This document shows positions 42,545 to 57,038 of a stretch of DNA of 64,000 bases, one piece after another. Source of the stretch: Gordius albopunctatus (taxonomy: Eukaryota); the NCBI GenBank assembly GCA_964276515.1, contig OZ193910.1:4526001-4590000 (forward strand), given 5' to 3'. The notes beneath the pieces are model-generated. The model saw only the letters and a program-made list of their open reading frames with translations, ran no database searches and was not told the origin of the DNA. Positions within the stretch are counted from its first letter, which is position 1, and every line of letters starts with the position of its first letter. Position numbers and translations under genes: made by a program.

Positions 42545-43608
42545 GTTCAGATAATTTTGATATTAAAGAAAAAAGAGAATGGCTTGGAAACATTAGACAT
42601 ATCGTTACCTGCTGAGAATAAGAGTGATCTATCTGCGATTTTCGCAAAATTTTAAAGCAAAAGTGCTCTTCCCTTTTAAATATTTTATCATAAACATTTT
42701 TAAGAATTGGGAAAAAAATTTGGCTTCATTAAGGTTTTTATTTTGCTTAATCTGCAATTAGACAATTCCAAGCGCACATTTAAACAAGTAAATAAATCGT
42801 CTGTTTTAAAATTTATATTGGCGTAATGTCCCTACAATTAATTTTTAATAGTAGTATGTCAAACAATGATAAAATAAAAAATATATTGGATGAAATAATT
42901 AATATAAAAAACTTTTAAACGAGTTTTAAAAGTTTTTGGAGATAATGGTTGTAATCAGACAAAATCCATTGGGCACAATTTGTAAATACAATGATTAATA
43001 CTAATATTTTTAGGTTTTGTAAACTATTGCTTAAAATAATATTGATTTATTGTTATGGCTAAAAAAAGGTTAGGGAGAGTTAAGAAAAGGGAATTTTAAA
43101 AATATAATTGTATTTCTGTTTGTTATTATATTGTTTGTATCATTTACTTCATATTTAATAACTCTAAATAATGGGGTTGATGTCGTAAATAGTATGATTT
43201 AACCCGATACATGGCCCCAGGTAAAATTTTTAGCTGTATGTTGGATAAGCATTTTAATTATTTTATATCTTAATTATTTACATTTTCCCCCTCAAGGATA
43301 TTTAAAACAACAACAGTTTTTAGTTTTGATAAATTTAACAGGGTACACAGCTCTTATTTTTTTATAGTATCAAATAAATGTAAGATATTGGAGACTTATG
43401 TAGTCATAATGATAAAGGGACGCCCATTGTATAGATAGGGTGCTTTAGGGGCGGGACAAAGCATTTACCTCCTATAACATCAAACACGCAAAATTAGATC
43501 GACAATATAAGAAAGTGATTTCAGGTTTATCTGAATTGTTTATATAGTATAAAATATAATCTGTTCTCAAAAATACCATAAATTCCTATATTTAAAAATT
43601 AATTAATA

Positions 43609-43768
43609 ACACTGGTCAACAAATAATGGTCATGTGAAATAAACCTGCGAACTATTTGCAGATTCTGGTAGAGTTTTTCACTGAGAACACAAATATGTTT
43701 TTAGTTTGTTCCCTATACGTCAAGTTGTTACAGTTTGCCGGTTGATTTTTTTTTGTTGAACCGTGTAA
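43609..43768. mobile_element. Small Tc1/mariner-like MITE
   Basis: Imperfect ends CACTGGTCAACAAA/TTTGTTGAACCGTGTA. The interior is shared with 24806-24906. Confidence 0.45.
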
Positions 43769-44228
43769 TTTAAACCAATTAATTTATACTTGTTTTATAT
43801 AGTTTTTAAATTTCATAAAGGTCGGGCTCTTAGGATATAATATGCATTCAGATGGCAGCAACCTTATGCTAACTAAAAAATTATAGCTCTATACCTTTCT
43901 AAAAAAATTCTTCCAAGTTTATAAAATTTAAATCTATTAAATTCACAATCATTGATAGCTTAATTTTGTGTGATTTAAAAAAATGACCTAATTTATTTAA
44001 AAGAGAAAAAATGTGCATTTTTAAAAAGTTACTTTCAAAAAATGTGTTTCAAATGTTATACACCTTTTAAAAAAGATATTTGTACTTAAAAATAATTTAT
44101 CAAATTCTTTTTAACCACCTTCCAAAGAAAATATGCTAGAATATGTATTTACACATGTAATAAAGTAATAACATAATTATAATATAATAATTCTTTTGCA
44201 TAGTGTATATATTATTAACAATTTTGGT

Positions 44229-46251
44229 TTATAATTCATTAGGGTCAGATGCTTTAAGCTTATTGGCCCAAAATAAGGAAAGACGGTAGAGCCATTCTTG
44301 CCAATAATAAGTAGTTAGGTCTTGGGGAAGATGGTATATGTCTGCAGGATCTCCATTTTGATAAGCTATAACAATTATTGCATCGTGAATGGGTTGCTAG
44401 TGCAAAATATTTAACAAGGTTTACAACCAAATTTGTGATAGATCAGGAATTAATTTATGACTTTAAAACATACAGATGAAAAAATTATTTTTTTTCCAAT
44501 TACAACTTATTCATTTATTGTGTAATCCTTTTAATTTGTAACTAGCTTGATGTTGGTGAAGATATGGCCAAATTCTAGTTATTTTATCTTATTTTGTTAA
44601 AGAGTCTCATATAGAAAGTGTATTAATTTTAAATTTTAGAAGTAACTAAATATGCATCTTGAATGTGAAAGTTTATTTTACCTAATAAATTTAAGATAAG
44701 TAAAAAAGTAGGGAGTATATTAAACTTTATATACAAACCATTTGAATACTTAAAGTTTGACTTATAAAGTATTTATTGATTAGTTAAAATTAAAAAAAAA
44801 CTTAAATTTTACCTTAAAATCACTAATCAACAATAATGAAAAACATCCCTTTCACATTATATAGTAATATCCAAACCCATATAAGTTAAAAAAATTTGAC
44901 ATTAATAAACTATAAAAAAAATTAATTTGATATGGCAAATAAAATTAAAATTTCACAATTATTATGATTAAAAAGTATATATTTATAGAATAAAAACTTA
45001 AACTTATTCATATGATTTATATTTTGTTCCAGCTTTGGCAAAATTTATATATTGTTAACTTTTACCAAAAATTATAAACATACTAAAATCAGTAATATTT
45101 ATAAAAATATTTACAACCCTACCTGGAAATGTGGATCAGCATCATAATTTAATGCACCAATATAGGCTGCAATTTGTAAGGGAGTATCAATTGTTTTGAT
45201 AAGATTTCCTTTAGGCTTGACAGATGTTTTCCATTCTATTGCACATTTTTGGCCACTATAAAGAAAAAGTAAAATATTTGAACAAAAAGGTTTAATAGCA
45301 AAAAATAATTTTGCAAATAAATAACTAGTGTATACTTGTACTCTCCTAATGCATCAACAATACCAATATAGCCTAGATGAGGATGCAACAATGGTTTTTC
45401 ATGAATATCAATATGATTTAAAATATTAAAGGCATTCTGCAAACTTTGCCAATGGCCCTTATTTTCCTCAGGAATGGTAGTTTCATCAATTAATTCTCCC
45501 TTATATTTGAGTTCAATAAGATGATGCAACTTTCCACCTTGTTTAATAAGGCCTACATATAATATTTTGTATGTATTAAACAAAAAGTAATACCTCTATT
45601 ATATTTTAGAAAATTTTCTTCACCCATATCTTTTATCATTTTATTACGCCAAACAAAAAGTTTCATTGAAGATTCTTTAGTCATAGTCTCTCTTAAAACT
45701 GTTTTAACACTTGGTAGCTTCTGAACATTTTGGAATATTTTAAAACATTCTTGACAGTCAGGCCTATCTTTTATATGAATTTTAGTATTTTGTGAAAGAG
45801 GGAATTTTCTGATTGCCGCAACAAGAGTTTCAATCTCATTAATTTTTGGGTATGTTAATTTCGCAACATTTAAACTACTATTGTCATTAACCTTATCCCT
45901 AATGCCCTTTAAAAATCTTTGGTGGTATAAATTTTTATCAGTCTTTTTGGTAGGCTGATATGTTTTTGCACCAATAACCTTATCAGTGAGGTAAAAAGGT
46001 ACATCTTGCTTTTGCGCTGCCTGACTAATTAAATTTATAGTATTATTTAAAACAAAGGTATTTTTATCTTCTAAGTGATCTTTCACCTCTTCTTTACAAC
46101 CTATGTTTTTTGAAAATTTGTCATGCTCCGCATATAAAGCAACACTGAGAATGATATTCCTTTTCGATATATGGTCATAAAGAGATAATATTTTGTTTGG
46201 TTGAAAAACCGCTGGTACTTTTAAAAATAAACTTTGATAATAAAAATGCAT
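44229..46251 (-). CDS. MGME1: Mitochondrial genome maintenance exonuclease 1, spliced
   Basis: Exons 46251-45594, 45552-45336, 45255-45123 and 44396-44229. Motifs PSVKTVLRETM..L..W..MIKDMGE, G.KLH..IE, H..LGYIGIVDALGEY, IEWKTS (PD-(D/E)xK), PLQIAAYIGALNYD, IVIAYQNGDPA..YWQEWLYRL. The start codon is uncertain. Confidence 0.9.
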
Positions 46252-46859
46252 GTCTGAAAACAGCTGTTTTAAAAGCTTCTATATTTTAAAAAGTAGGTCA
46301 AAACCGATAAAATTTTCACCTAAACTAGTTTTCAATAAAATATTAAGCTATTAAAAATGCTAGATTTATTAGACTTAAATTGCGCTTATATTTAAAATAT
46401 TAATTTGCGTGGAGTTTCGAGGTACCTCACGAATACTCTCGCGGGTTTAATTTTTTTAAGATGAATGTTAGTTAAAATTCTTACATCAGACAATTATAGG
46501 GTCGTAGACGCCACCCCCCCCCCCCCCTAAAAGTAAAAGAAATTATTTTTAATACAAACAACCTTAAAAGTTAATAAAAATTATGTTTTGCCTCCACCCC
46601 CCCCCCCTAATTGAACTTAATTAAATTATTATAGACATTTATTAGCAATTTTAAACATAAATTTAAATTATTTTTTGCAATTAAATATTAATAGGAGATT
46701 ACTAGTTGCGTTTGTGTTTCTGTTTGTGTATTCATTCATTTTTTTATTGCTACTAACAAATTCAAATTCAATTGGTTGATTTTTTTTAGAGAAAATTAGT
46801 TTATTGATATATATCTAAACATCATATTAAATGGTACAATTATATAATAATGATATTAA

Positions 46860-47775
46860 AAAAACATTATATGAGTTTTTAGAAGAGGCCAGTAATCCAA
46901 AAAAGATTTGAAATAAGATTTCAATAAAAATGCGGGGGAATGTTTGGAGGGAGGGGATCGCCTGCCTATTTCTTTGAATAAAGCCAACGCCATTTTTCCA
47001 TAGGATCCTGAACAGGAGGAAACTATTGGGATAAAAATACTAGAGTCCAAGAGGGCCTTGTATTTTTGGAACTTGCGTTCTTCAGCTAGGGCCATGGGGT
47101 CATAATTAAGATTAGAGGGGCAAATACATCTATGCATGTAAAATCCCACTTTAAAAGGAGAACATTTTCCCATGGGACTAGCGAGGAACCGTCAGGACGC
47201 ATTCGACCTTCAAGGGCGCGACCTGAGGGTCTAGTATGGATGGGATTTTAGTTTTTCAAAATGTAAAATGCGTGGTGGGCGGGCATAAGCTTAAAAATTT
47301 CATTTTTACATTTTAAATTTTTAGATTATTGTCGAGATAACTTCTTAAACCTTCAGGACTGCCTATTGGAGAACCTAGTAAAAATACATCGTCCTTCACA
47401 AGGCCTAGAAAAGATGCAAAGGATGGGTGGATGTCAGTTGTGCTGTTAGAATAAATTTTGCATTTTGTCGCGTTTAATGATAGGTTAAGTTTTATGTAGT
47501 ATTCATTAATGATGTTTAGAGCTTTGATTAGCTCTTCCGTGGTGCCTGATAGGGTGGCATAGTCGAGATACCATACATTCAACCTCAAATTGCATTTGTC
47601 ATTGATTTCATCTATTAATGGTTTGATGGCCATACAAAATAAGGGGGCCAGGGGGTCCCCCTGTTGAATGCCCTCAGCTGAATCAATAGAAAATTGTCCA
47701 AATTTTAAAATAGACTGGGTGCCATAACTTAAAATAATATAGTTGGCATATTGGGGAAAAGCATCGATGAAAGTG
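46860..47775 (-). mobile_element. Decayed CRE-clade non-LTR retrotransposon (RT plus restriction-like endonuclease fragments)
   Basis: GIQQGDPLAP, CMAIKPLI..LNVWYLD(Y), LLGSPIG; C-terminal RPDG..LVPW, WDFTC and AEERKFQKY. There is a large deletion between the RT and the REL domain. Confidence 0.7.
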
Positions 47776-50261
47776 TTACCCTTTACTCATAGGCTTCAGC
47801 CTTTACGAACCCCTACATTAAAACATTTAACCTACCCCTCCCCGACAAGAGAGCTTACCTACCACAAAATACCCGAAATATTAATTTTGTTTGAGAGCTA
47901 TAGGTCATTATAATACGACATTAAAAGTTCAAGCGAAATCCTAGTATCATAACGAACAGAGTTGCCTAAGTCATATTATGTCAATTTCTCCCGACACCCA
48001 TCATAACAGCACCATCCTAATTTTTCCAAACCCCGAAGACAGCAGTGGTGCCCTGTCCCGGTCACAAGAGTCGTTCCCTTCCGCGGATATCATCGTCTTC
48101 ATTATCAGTTATTTGGTCCCACAGTCGTGGGGTTTTTAATAAGTTTCCTCCATTTTGACGGGGGGAGTGCCATGTTTTGACTAATAATTTTTTTTATAAC
48201 TTTGCCGACTTGCCCTTTTCAGGTGACACGGGGTGGTCCTCTTCCTCTCTTTCCCGGTACCTCCATGTCCAGTACTTTTCGATTTACTTCATTCGTGTCC
48301 CTTCTTAGTATATGCCAATACCACCTTAGCCGCTTTTCGTTAATCATATCCGCCATAGGTTGAATACCCATTTTTGTCATGAGAAGGTCATTCGTCATAT
48401 GGTCGTGCTTAGTATACCCCAAGCTCCAAAGCATCATTCTCATCTCTGCTTGTAATGCTTCCCTTCCGTAGTGTTTAATGCCAATGTTTCACTTCAATAT
48501 AAAAACATCGGTCTTACGATAGATTTGTAAGCTTAGCTCTTCAATCATATGAGCATTTTTTTGTCGCAAATTACACCGGATAAACTTCGAAGTTTAAGCC
48601 ATTCTTTTTGGATCCGGGCATTGACTTCTGTTGCGCAACATCTTTCTTGATGTAGCATCGAGCCGATGTATATAAATTTGTCTTTTTCACCATATATATT
48701 CATCATTTGTCTTAGTGCGAAGATTGGGTCGATTGTGGATTTGCCGACTACAAATCCGAATTGGTTAGACGATATTTCCACCTCTTCTTTCAACATTGTT
48801 ACCAAAATCTTTTCCTTACGCTTCAAGGAGTGGCAAGTTAGCTTGATACCTCTGTAATTGCCACAGTCCTGAGGTCTCCTTTGCCTTTAAATAATGGTAT
48901 AATCGTGCTTGCTCTCCTTAGATTATCAATTCGCTATTCTACCAATATCTTGTTAAGAAGGTTAGGATGGTGACTCCTTCTTCACGGCATCCGAGCAATG
49001 CTTCCATAGGTATTCCATCTGAGCCATTAGTGTTCGTTTGTATCTTACCTTCTCCTCCTGAAAGTGTTCGGCCATACTTATGTTTGGCTTAATATCGGGA
49101 AGGGAATCTTTGTCATTTGCAATATTAAAAAAGTTTCTTAAATTATCCTTTCCATCTTTCCACCACTTCCTTCGGCTTGAATAAAATTTGACCCTTCTCG
49201 TTTTTGAGTATTTTAGGAACTCCGAAATCGAGACTTGTCTTCTCCCTTATCTCCTTTATGATTCTGTTTGCCATCTCGGTGTACGCGGCATTCTTCGCTA
49301 TTGCATCGGCCCTTCTATACCCTTGATAATCCTCCGAGATTTTTTATTTATGCAACCGTCTTAATAGATTTTTCCTTCTTTCGAAGAAATCCCTAACCGA
49401 ATGATCCTACCATCATATTTTCCTATTCCGAGCTTTGCCTCCTTTGGCCTGTCCTAGAACATGAATAGCAATTTCCTTTATGCCCTTAGATAGCGTCTAT
49501 CAATCGTCGTTTACGTCCCTTTTAAACTTCCCTGCAACCAAGAGTGAGCAGGCTTTTTGATGGTATTCTTTGTTCGTCGACGTATCCTTTAGCCTTTCAT
49601 ATAGAATTCGAGGTTCATATCATAGACTTTTCTTCTTTCAAAAAATACTCTTCTGTCAGGATCCATAACAAGAGGACGATGTTGCTTGCCGATTTCTTCT
49701 CGCATTACTTTGCAATCCTTGATACTCCATAAGTCCTTTCGCCTTATGAGCAGATAGTGAATTTGAATAAAATACTTCACACTTCTATAAGTCACAATAT
49801 GATATTTGTGTTTTTGAAAATAGGTGTTAACGATCGCCTTTTCGTATGCTTGGGATGTTTTTCCCCTTCTTTGTTCTTCAGACCACCCCCATAGCCTCAA
49901 TGATTGCATTGATACCCAAACCCATCTTTCCCTACATGAGAGTTGAAACCGCCCCAATGATTAGCCTTTCTTCCTGTAAAATTCCTTGTATTTCCTTTCC
50001 CAATGAATCGAAGTATATGACTTTTTGTGATTCTATACACCCAATTTGTGGAGCATACGCACACATAACGGCTAAGAGGGCGCCTTAATGTGCAATCTTC
50101 ACCCACATTAGCGTGTCTGAACGACGTTTGACTTCCACAACCTTGTTTTTGAACGATTTGCTTAGAAAGATACCGGCCCCGTTTCTACGATTTGGTAAGC
50201 CACTGTAGAATAGTTAATATTCTTCTCCTAACTCCTGAGCATTGGTTTTGTTCCACCTCGT
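47776..50261 (-). mobile_element. Decayed RTE-clade LINE (APE plus RT fragments), truncated at its 5' side by the Penelope insertion
   Basis: TRW..LFYSG..RNGAGI, AYAPQIG, FNSHVG, IVNTYFQK, NYRGIKL, QFGF..GKSTIDPIF, MRMMLWSLG..KRLRWY.HILRR..GKRGRG; many disablements. The boundary of the 3' tail is approximate. Confidence 0.8.
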
Positions 50262-50858
50262 CTTTATATGAAACATTCTGTTTAGGATATCCGAATCACC
50301 TATTTAATGATATTCTAAAAAAATGTTTATCCGAAAATAATCAAAAAAATAATGATAGAACTTTTAAAGATTTCCCACATCATTCATCCCTACCATTTTC
50401 ATTTATCAAAAGCATTTAAAAAATTTTAAAAAGTCACGATATTAATAACATAACGATTACGCCAAAACCCAACCAATCACTCTTAACCATCTTACAAAAT
50501 AACTATGAGTCTAATTTAAATAACGTAATCTATAAAATAACATGTAGTGATTGCAACCAGTTTTACACCGGGGAAACTAAAGAGCACTTGGCGGCTTTAT
50601 ATCGCCAAACGCGGTACCAATTGGAGTATCCAACCACATTTTACAAGATAAACACTCAATTTAACTTTTTGCAAATCATATTTTGGAAAAAAAGACGTTG
50701 GAGTCCTTATTTATTAGAAAACTTAACCCACTTTAAATGAAGATATAGGAAGGGTACACTCCTTTACCCTTGGCTATACACAAACTTGTCACTTACAATA
50801 GAACATTCTCTTTAGTTTATATTCTAGTTTATTTACATTTATTTTGTTTTTTATATTT

Positions 50859-50885
50859 CTGAAGATGTCCTTTATAAAGACGAAA
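50859..50885 (+). ncRNA. Hammerhead-ribozyme-like core
   Basis: CUGAAGA-U-GUCCUUUAUAAAGAC-GAAA, with one stem II mismatch relative to the 53797 copy. Confidence 0.5.
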
Positions 50886-52456
50886 TATTATAATAATTAT
50901 GATTTGTTTTTACCACCATCTAAATTCCCGATAATAAATCTCTGAAGAACATTGATTATGAGGGTAAAAATCGTCTAAAATTTATATCAAATTCTTACGG
51001 GAAGATTCAAATTAAAGATATTCATCGATTTTTAATCTCCAAACCGAACTCAATCGCACCGTAAATAAGATAGTATTCTTATCAACCTGTCTAGGTAACA
51101 ATCTTATTCTAAATTATATTAACCATATCAAATTTAATGAACATGAATTTAACGAAAAACTTATTCATATAAACACAAGTATAAATATTTTTTCGTTTAA
51201 CCTAATGTATTTTGAAACTCAAATATTAAAGAAAAAATTAAAGGATCTCTTTCTCAGACGAACAATTTATAACAAACCAAAAAATATTTGTCGATAAATC
51301 CTTTTAAGAGATTTATTAGCAGGTGCAATAGAGGGAGTTAAAAAATAATTCTAATTATTATAATGATATTTCGCCCTATTCAAGCACATCGCCGGATTAA
51401 AACAAAATTGAATTTACAAATAAAATAAAATGATACAATTAAATGGAACGTTCTATAGGTGGGTTGATATTATAACTTAAAAATAGATACATGTTCTCAT
51501 TGAGTGTTGGGTTTAACCTTCGAATGAAGAAGGATTTTAGGGTTTTTCTTTCAATATAAGTTTCGGTATTAATTAAATCGGTTGTTTTCAAATTGGTTGC
51601 ATGCTTTTGTTGTATTAAATGATTTGAAATGGCGGTTAAATTTGCCTTTAAGCGATATAATGCCGCTAGATGTTCCTAGAATTTTTTTTTTTAATTAATA
51701 AATTCCCTGAAATCTCTAAAAAAATTACATTTCTATTAATGAAACAAGTGTTAAGTTAAATTTTATATAGAGAACTGCACGGGTAACCCGAGACCCGATA
51801 TCGGGTCGCGTCGGGTTCGGAACCTTCTTAACCTAGGACCCAAATTTATTTTTAGAAAAGCAAAAACTTTCCCTCTGATGCAAACGATAAACAACGTCGA
51901 GAAAATATTAGAAACGATTAAACGAGAAAAGCCGGAAAATAATAGAATCTTGAACATTTGAATACCCAGATAGGATACAAGCTTAATAATTTTAAAATCC
52001 AAAAATCTCAATCTAAGGATAATTTATGTATAGATGCAATAAAAAAGTTAAAATGTATAAGGATTTAAAAATTACTAGGGCAGATAAGGGAGGACAAATC
52101 GTTCTGATGAACATGAAGATGTATGAAATAATGAATGATAAAAAGCATTTTATCACATTAGATAAGAAGCCAACCCAGACATGAGAAATGGCACTTAATA
52201 AGATTTCAATCAATATATTTCGTAAAAATCTTTTATCTAAGGAGGATTACAATTACGTTAGATCCTCAAACCCTAGAACACCTCAACTATACTTCGTCTA
52301 ATCATGCCAACATCTAACGCCTACAATTACAATTTTTCCAAATTTATTAAACGAATTTTTATCACCTATTTCCAAAAACAAATACTCAATTTTCTTCATA
52401 GATACATTTTCGGGAATTGTCGACGGTGTTAAAAAATTATTGTAGTTAATATAATA

Positions 52457-52486
52457 TTTCGTCCTCATAGAAGAGGACATCGTCAG
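52457..52486 (-). ncRNA. Hammerhead-ribozyme-like core
   Basis: CUGACGA-U-GUCCUC-UUCUAU-GAGGAC-GAAA. Confidence 0.55.
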
Positions 52487-53796
52487 ATAAGTAAAATAGA
52501 TTTAAATAAAATAGATTTAAATAAAATATAAACTAAATAGAATGTTCTTTTGGTAGTGATAAATTAGTGTGTATCCAAGGGTAGAGGGGTACTCTTCCCA
52601 TATCATCTTCATTAAGAGTGGGGTTAAGTCTTCTAATAAAGAAGGACTCTTCTAACGTCTTCCTTTCAAAATATGATTTTGTAAAAAGTAGAATTGATTT
52701 TTTGAGTTTTGACGTATGATTTTCCTTTAAAATGTGGTTAGATACTCCTGTAGGTACCCCTTTGGGGCGAAATAAAGCCGCCAAGTGTTCTTTAAGTCTA
52801 ACTCTTAAGTCTCATTTTGTTTCCCCGATGTAAAACTGGTTGCAATCACTACAAGTAATTTTATAGACAACGTTATTTGTCTGTAAATCGAATTCATAGT
52901 TATTTTGTAATATTGTTAAGAGTGGATTCATTAGGTTTTTGTGTGATGATGATGTTTTTAATATCATTACTTTTTAAATTTTTTAATTGCTTTTAAAAAA
53001 TGTAAATGGTAACGATGGGTGATGCGGAAAATGTATAAATTTTTAATCATTAATATTTTTTTGCTTATTTTCAGTTAAAAAGCATTTTTTAGAATATTAT
53101 TGAAAAGATGATTTGGATATCCAAGAGAACAGAATGTTTCATATAAAAAATCATATTTTGAAAGGAAGACGTTGGAGTCCTTATCTTTATATGAAACATT
53201 CTGTTTAGGATATCCGAATCACCTATTTAATGATATTCTAAAAAAATTTTGTCCGAAAATGATCAAAAAAAATGATAGAACTTTTAAACATTTCCCACAT
53301 CATTCATCCCTACCATTTTCATTTATCAAAAGCATTTAAAAAATTTTAAAAAGTCTCGATATTAATAACATAACGATTACGCCAAAACCCAACCAATCAC
53401 TCTTAACCATCTTACAAAATAACTATGAGTCTAATTTAAATAACGTAGTCTATAAAATTACATGTAGTGATTGCAGCCAGTTTTACACGGGGAAACTAAA
53501 GAGCACTTGGCGGCTTTATATCGCCAAACGCGGTACCAATTGGAGTATCCAACCACATTTTACATGAAAACCATACGTCCAAACCTAAACGCTCAATTTA
53601 ACTTTTTACAAAATCATATTTTGGAAAAAAAGACGTTGGAGTCCTTATTTATTAGAAAACTTAACCCACTTTAAATGAAGATATGGGAAGGGTACACCCC
53701 TTTACCCTTGGCTATACACAAACTTGTCACTTACAATAGAACATTCTCTTTAGTTTATATTCTATTTTATTTACATTTATTTTGTTTTTTATCTTT

Positions 53797-53823
53797 CTGA
53801 AGATGTCCTTTATAAGGACGAAA
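53797..53823 (+). ncRNA. Hammerhead-ribozyme-like core
   Basis: CUGAAGA-U-GUCCUU-UAU-AAGGAC-GAAA. Confidence 0.55.
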
Positions 53824-56800
53824 TATTATAAAAATTATTATTTGTTTTTACCACCATCTAAATTCCCGATAATAAATCTCTGAAGAACATTGATTATGAG
53901 GGTAAAAATCTTATAACATTTATAAGATTAGCTTCTCTATTTGAAGCTAATTAATAATAGTTTAAGATGTTTTACAACGCAAGTCAAAATTACGGTATTA
54001 AATCCAAATTAATTAAATTGAGTATCCTAATTGAACAATTTAAAGGACAGTGTGCTCAACTATGGACATGTGGATATCTAATTAGACAAAGGTCTTTAAC
54101 GCTTAGCATTGATCTGAGTTTATAAATGATAACTTTCAGGAAAAACTTCTTTTGCCCATTTATATACAATTAAATTGGTTTGTTGGACGGATCACAACAC
54201 TCGCAGTTACTAACGAAGAAATTAATTTTTACTAGCAAAAGCCTCAATTAACCCATCGATTTAATTCTTCGCTATACTTTAAGGCGATCATAAAAATAGT
54301 ATTCAATATTGCATTTATTTACTATTATTTTAATAACCCGAGCCCAAAATGCCGATTTTGGTAGAGGCCGGGCCTTAAGTGCATAAAGAAACATACGGAA
54401 GGGCTCGGACGGGCTTAAAAGTTTTCCAAACGATTACGGACGGGCCGACCTCCTAAAGACGGCCCGATACAGATTTCTAATGCAGATTCCCTTCTTATTA
54501 TTTGCATAAATGAAGAGAGACTTTCGAATGCGTTATAAGCATATTAAAATTTCTAACATATTTATTGCACTAAATAGATGCAATCGTCGAGATTAGTCAA
54601 GCAATTTGTTTTACTAAGTTAATATACGATATTGCTATGCAGCAATGTCACTTAATATGCGTTGTTTAGTATGCACGTACAGGCATAAAGAGTTGCCAGT
54701 GATTTGGATGCAGGAAGTAGTTTAAATGTTAACATTTTAGTGTCTATTACGCTATCCACATATAGAAATTTCACTTTTGTACCGTTATATCGGGGGATGG
54801 TTTAAATGTGTTCTGATGAAAAAATGTTTTTTAAATATAAAATAAAAAATAAATTTAGATTTGTAATGTAATGTAATATTTATAGGCATGTTATTTTGAG
54901 CAAAAATAAGATTGATATTTTGTGGCACATTTTTTGCAATTTACTTCATGATCAATCAATAGGTTATAACCAGAGGAGCACATATTTAACTGTGTCAAGG
55001 GCGTCAATTAAAAAAAACGCTAAAATTGCAAATCACAGCTTAAAACTTTATATGCTTTTTTGCTTATGGATGACTACAAAAACTGTATTCCTGCACCTTT
55101 TTAAAACAAAATTCTGACCTACCTTTTAAAAGTGCTAATATGGGCGAAGCCAGGGAGAGGCAGGAACGGTCGGCTGCCACCCTCTAAATCCCAAAATTAT
55201 TTGAAATTTATTAAATTAGGGCTAAAATTTTGATAAATTGTCATTTTGCTCCTAAATAAATCTTTATCGCCCCCCCCCCCCTAATTCCAATGCTGACTAT
55301 GCCCATGAGTCCTGATGTCAAAAAAGAACAGAATCACAATTCAACAAAAATGCTTTAGATGGCAAAAACAAAGGGAACCAAATCAAAAAGTTACAAATGA
55401 GATTTCCATCCTTTAGTAAAGGAATTAATACCAACTCCCCACAAAATTAAATGCATTCGAGTGAATATTTAAAATCCACTAAGGGTCGGGCTTTAGCATT
55501 GAACTGTTCGAACTAAGTAAAAGCTCTAAACGCATCAAACTTATTATTAGTTTATATTTAACCTTGATTTATCTTGTAATGTCAAGCAGAATAACCTTTA
55601 AATATAACAAAAGTTTTTACACTTACATAAAGAGATTAGTTATAGTAGAATTTACAAACTCACTTATCTTTGCATACTATGATAGATAGGGTCTTTACAC
55701 CTTGCGTGTTCAAGGTAGCAATGATTACTGACCTACTTATTTATTATAAAGTGATGCTTATTGGAAAGTCATTTTCTTTTTTCTTCCTTTTTAACCAATA
55801 TGACTTAAGCTACTACTTGAAGACGCTTAAGTTATGTTTTTTTTATTCAAACCTCCAACGACAATCGCATATTTTAGCGCGTTTAAATAATAATATTATA
55901 GATTTTACTGGACCAAGAGAGAGATTAAATTTGATATTAATTGCCAGAGGATGTAGATTAAGGGCAACTATATTTTTCTGACGCAATTTGGTTAATGTTA
56001 CTTTCATTTTAAATATAAAAAGATTCATATTGCATAATTTCGATTTTTAACGATAAAACTGTTTAGTTGAGGCTTGTAATTATTAATAAGAGTTGAGTTT
56101 AATTACCCATTCTTTATAAAATGATGGAATCAATGGGGCATCTTTGTAAAGTACTTAAAAATTTTACATAGTTTATTGACATTTTGATACTTCAAATGCA
56201 CATTTTAAAATGATAATTATAAGCCATGTAACAAAAAGGGCAATAAGCTGCGGCTGGCGTTAACACTTTACTTAATTAAAAATGTTCTCAACCCTCAGCA
56301 TCAATCAGCTAACTTTAACTTTTTGGACATAATGGTAAAAGTATTTCAATCAAACATGATCGATTTTTACACCCATTTAAATTAACTGCACATATGCAAA
56401 TGTAATTGAAGGTTTAACCCCCCCCCCCCCCGTAAACTTTTCAACTTTGTTATGAGTGTCGCGTACAATAGGTTCATGTACTTACCTATCCCCCCCCCCT
56501 CTAAAAAATCTTTTCGGCAAATGAACAAACCGATGGAGGTGTATGAATGAGGTTAACACTCACACTATCTTTTGTAGAAATATAATGCAAGTGTAAGCAA
56601 AAACGGCAGTAGCTAGCGGTATAGGCAACAACACACCCACCATAGTAACGATTGTATTTCAAAATGCCCTAATGCGTTGGGGAAAAATCAATAGGAAAAT
56701 GGAGATAATGGTTGCCATAATTTGCGGCCCTGCTTGCTCCCTCCCCCAATGGGCAGTCATAGCTCACGCAAAGACGCTGAGTAACGTTTTCACTCCGCCC

Positions 56801-57030
56801 CCTGAATGTGCAGGTGTTTTATATGCTAGTGAGTGTACCTTATTTATTAAAGGCAACTACTATCCAGTTCATAATTTAAAGCGCCAACCTGGCTTGAGAA
56901 GGTGGAAAATGTAATTGGGAAAAATGGGGAATAATATAAATGCTGGCGCGGAGGAATTGCATTTACGATAGAACATGGCAATTATGTAATTCGACTACGG
57001 TCGCGTTACTAGGTTAGGTGGGCATAACTA

Positions 57031-57038
57031 TATAAAAG
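57031..57038 (+). promoter_or_regulatory. Candidate TATA box upstream of the SANS-like gene
   Basis: TATAAAAG at the end of a relatively GC- and CpG-rich island (~56600-57070), with a possible UTR splice donor at 57116. Confidence 0.3.

Larger units (their letters stand above)
50262..53912. mobile_element. Penelope-like element complex: direct GIY-YIG/pLTR copies at 50262-50980 and 53186-53912 (+), internal ORF remnants at ~50985-52390 (+), and a diverged inverted copy at 52391-53147 (-)
   Basis: GIY-YIG motif NVIYKITCSDCNQFYTGETK; LES.FIR.LNP.LN; ITRADKGGQIVLM (pre-RT motif); hammerhead-like cores in each pLTR. Confidence 0.85.

Noticed and set aside
56672..56914. 80-aa ORF upstream of the SANS-like gene
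   Set aside because: No recognisable domain or splice context; such an ORF is expected by chance in a GC-richer island.
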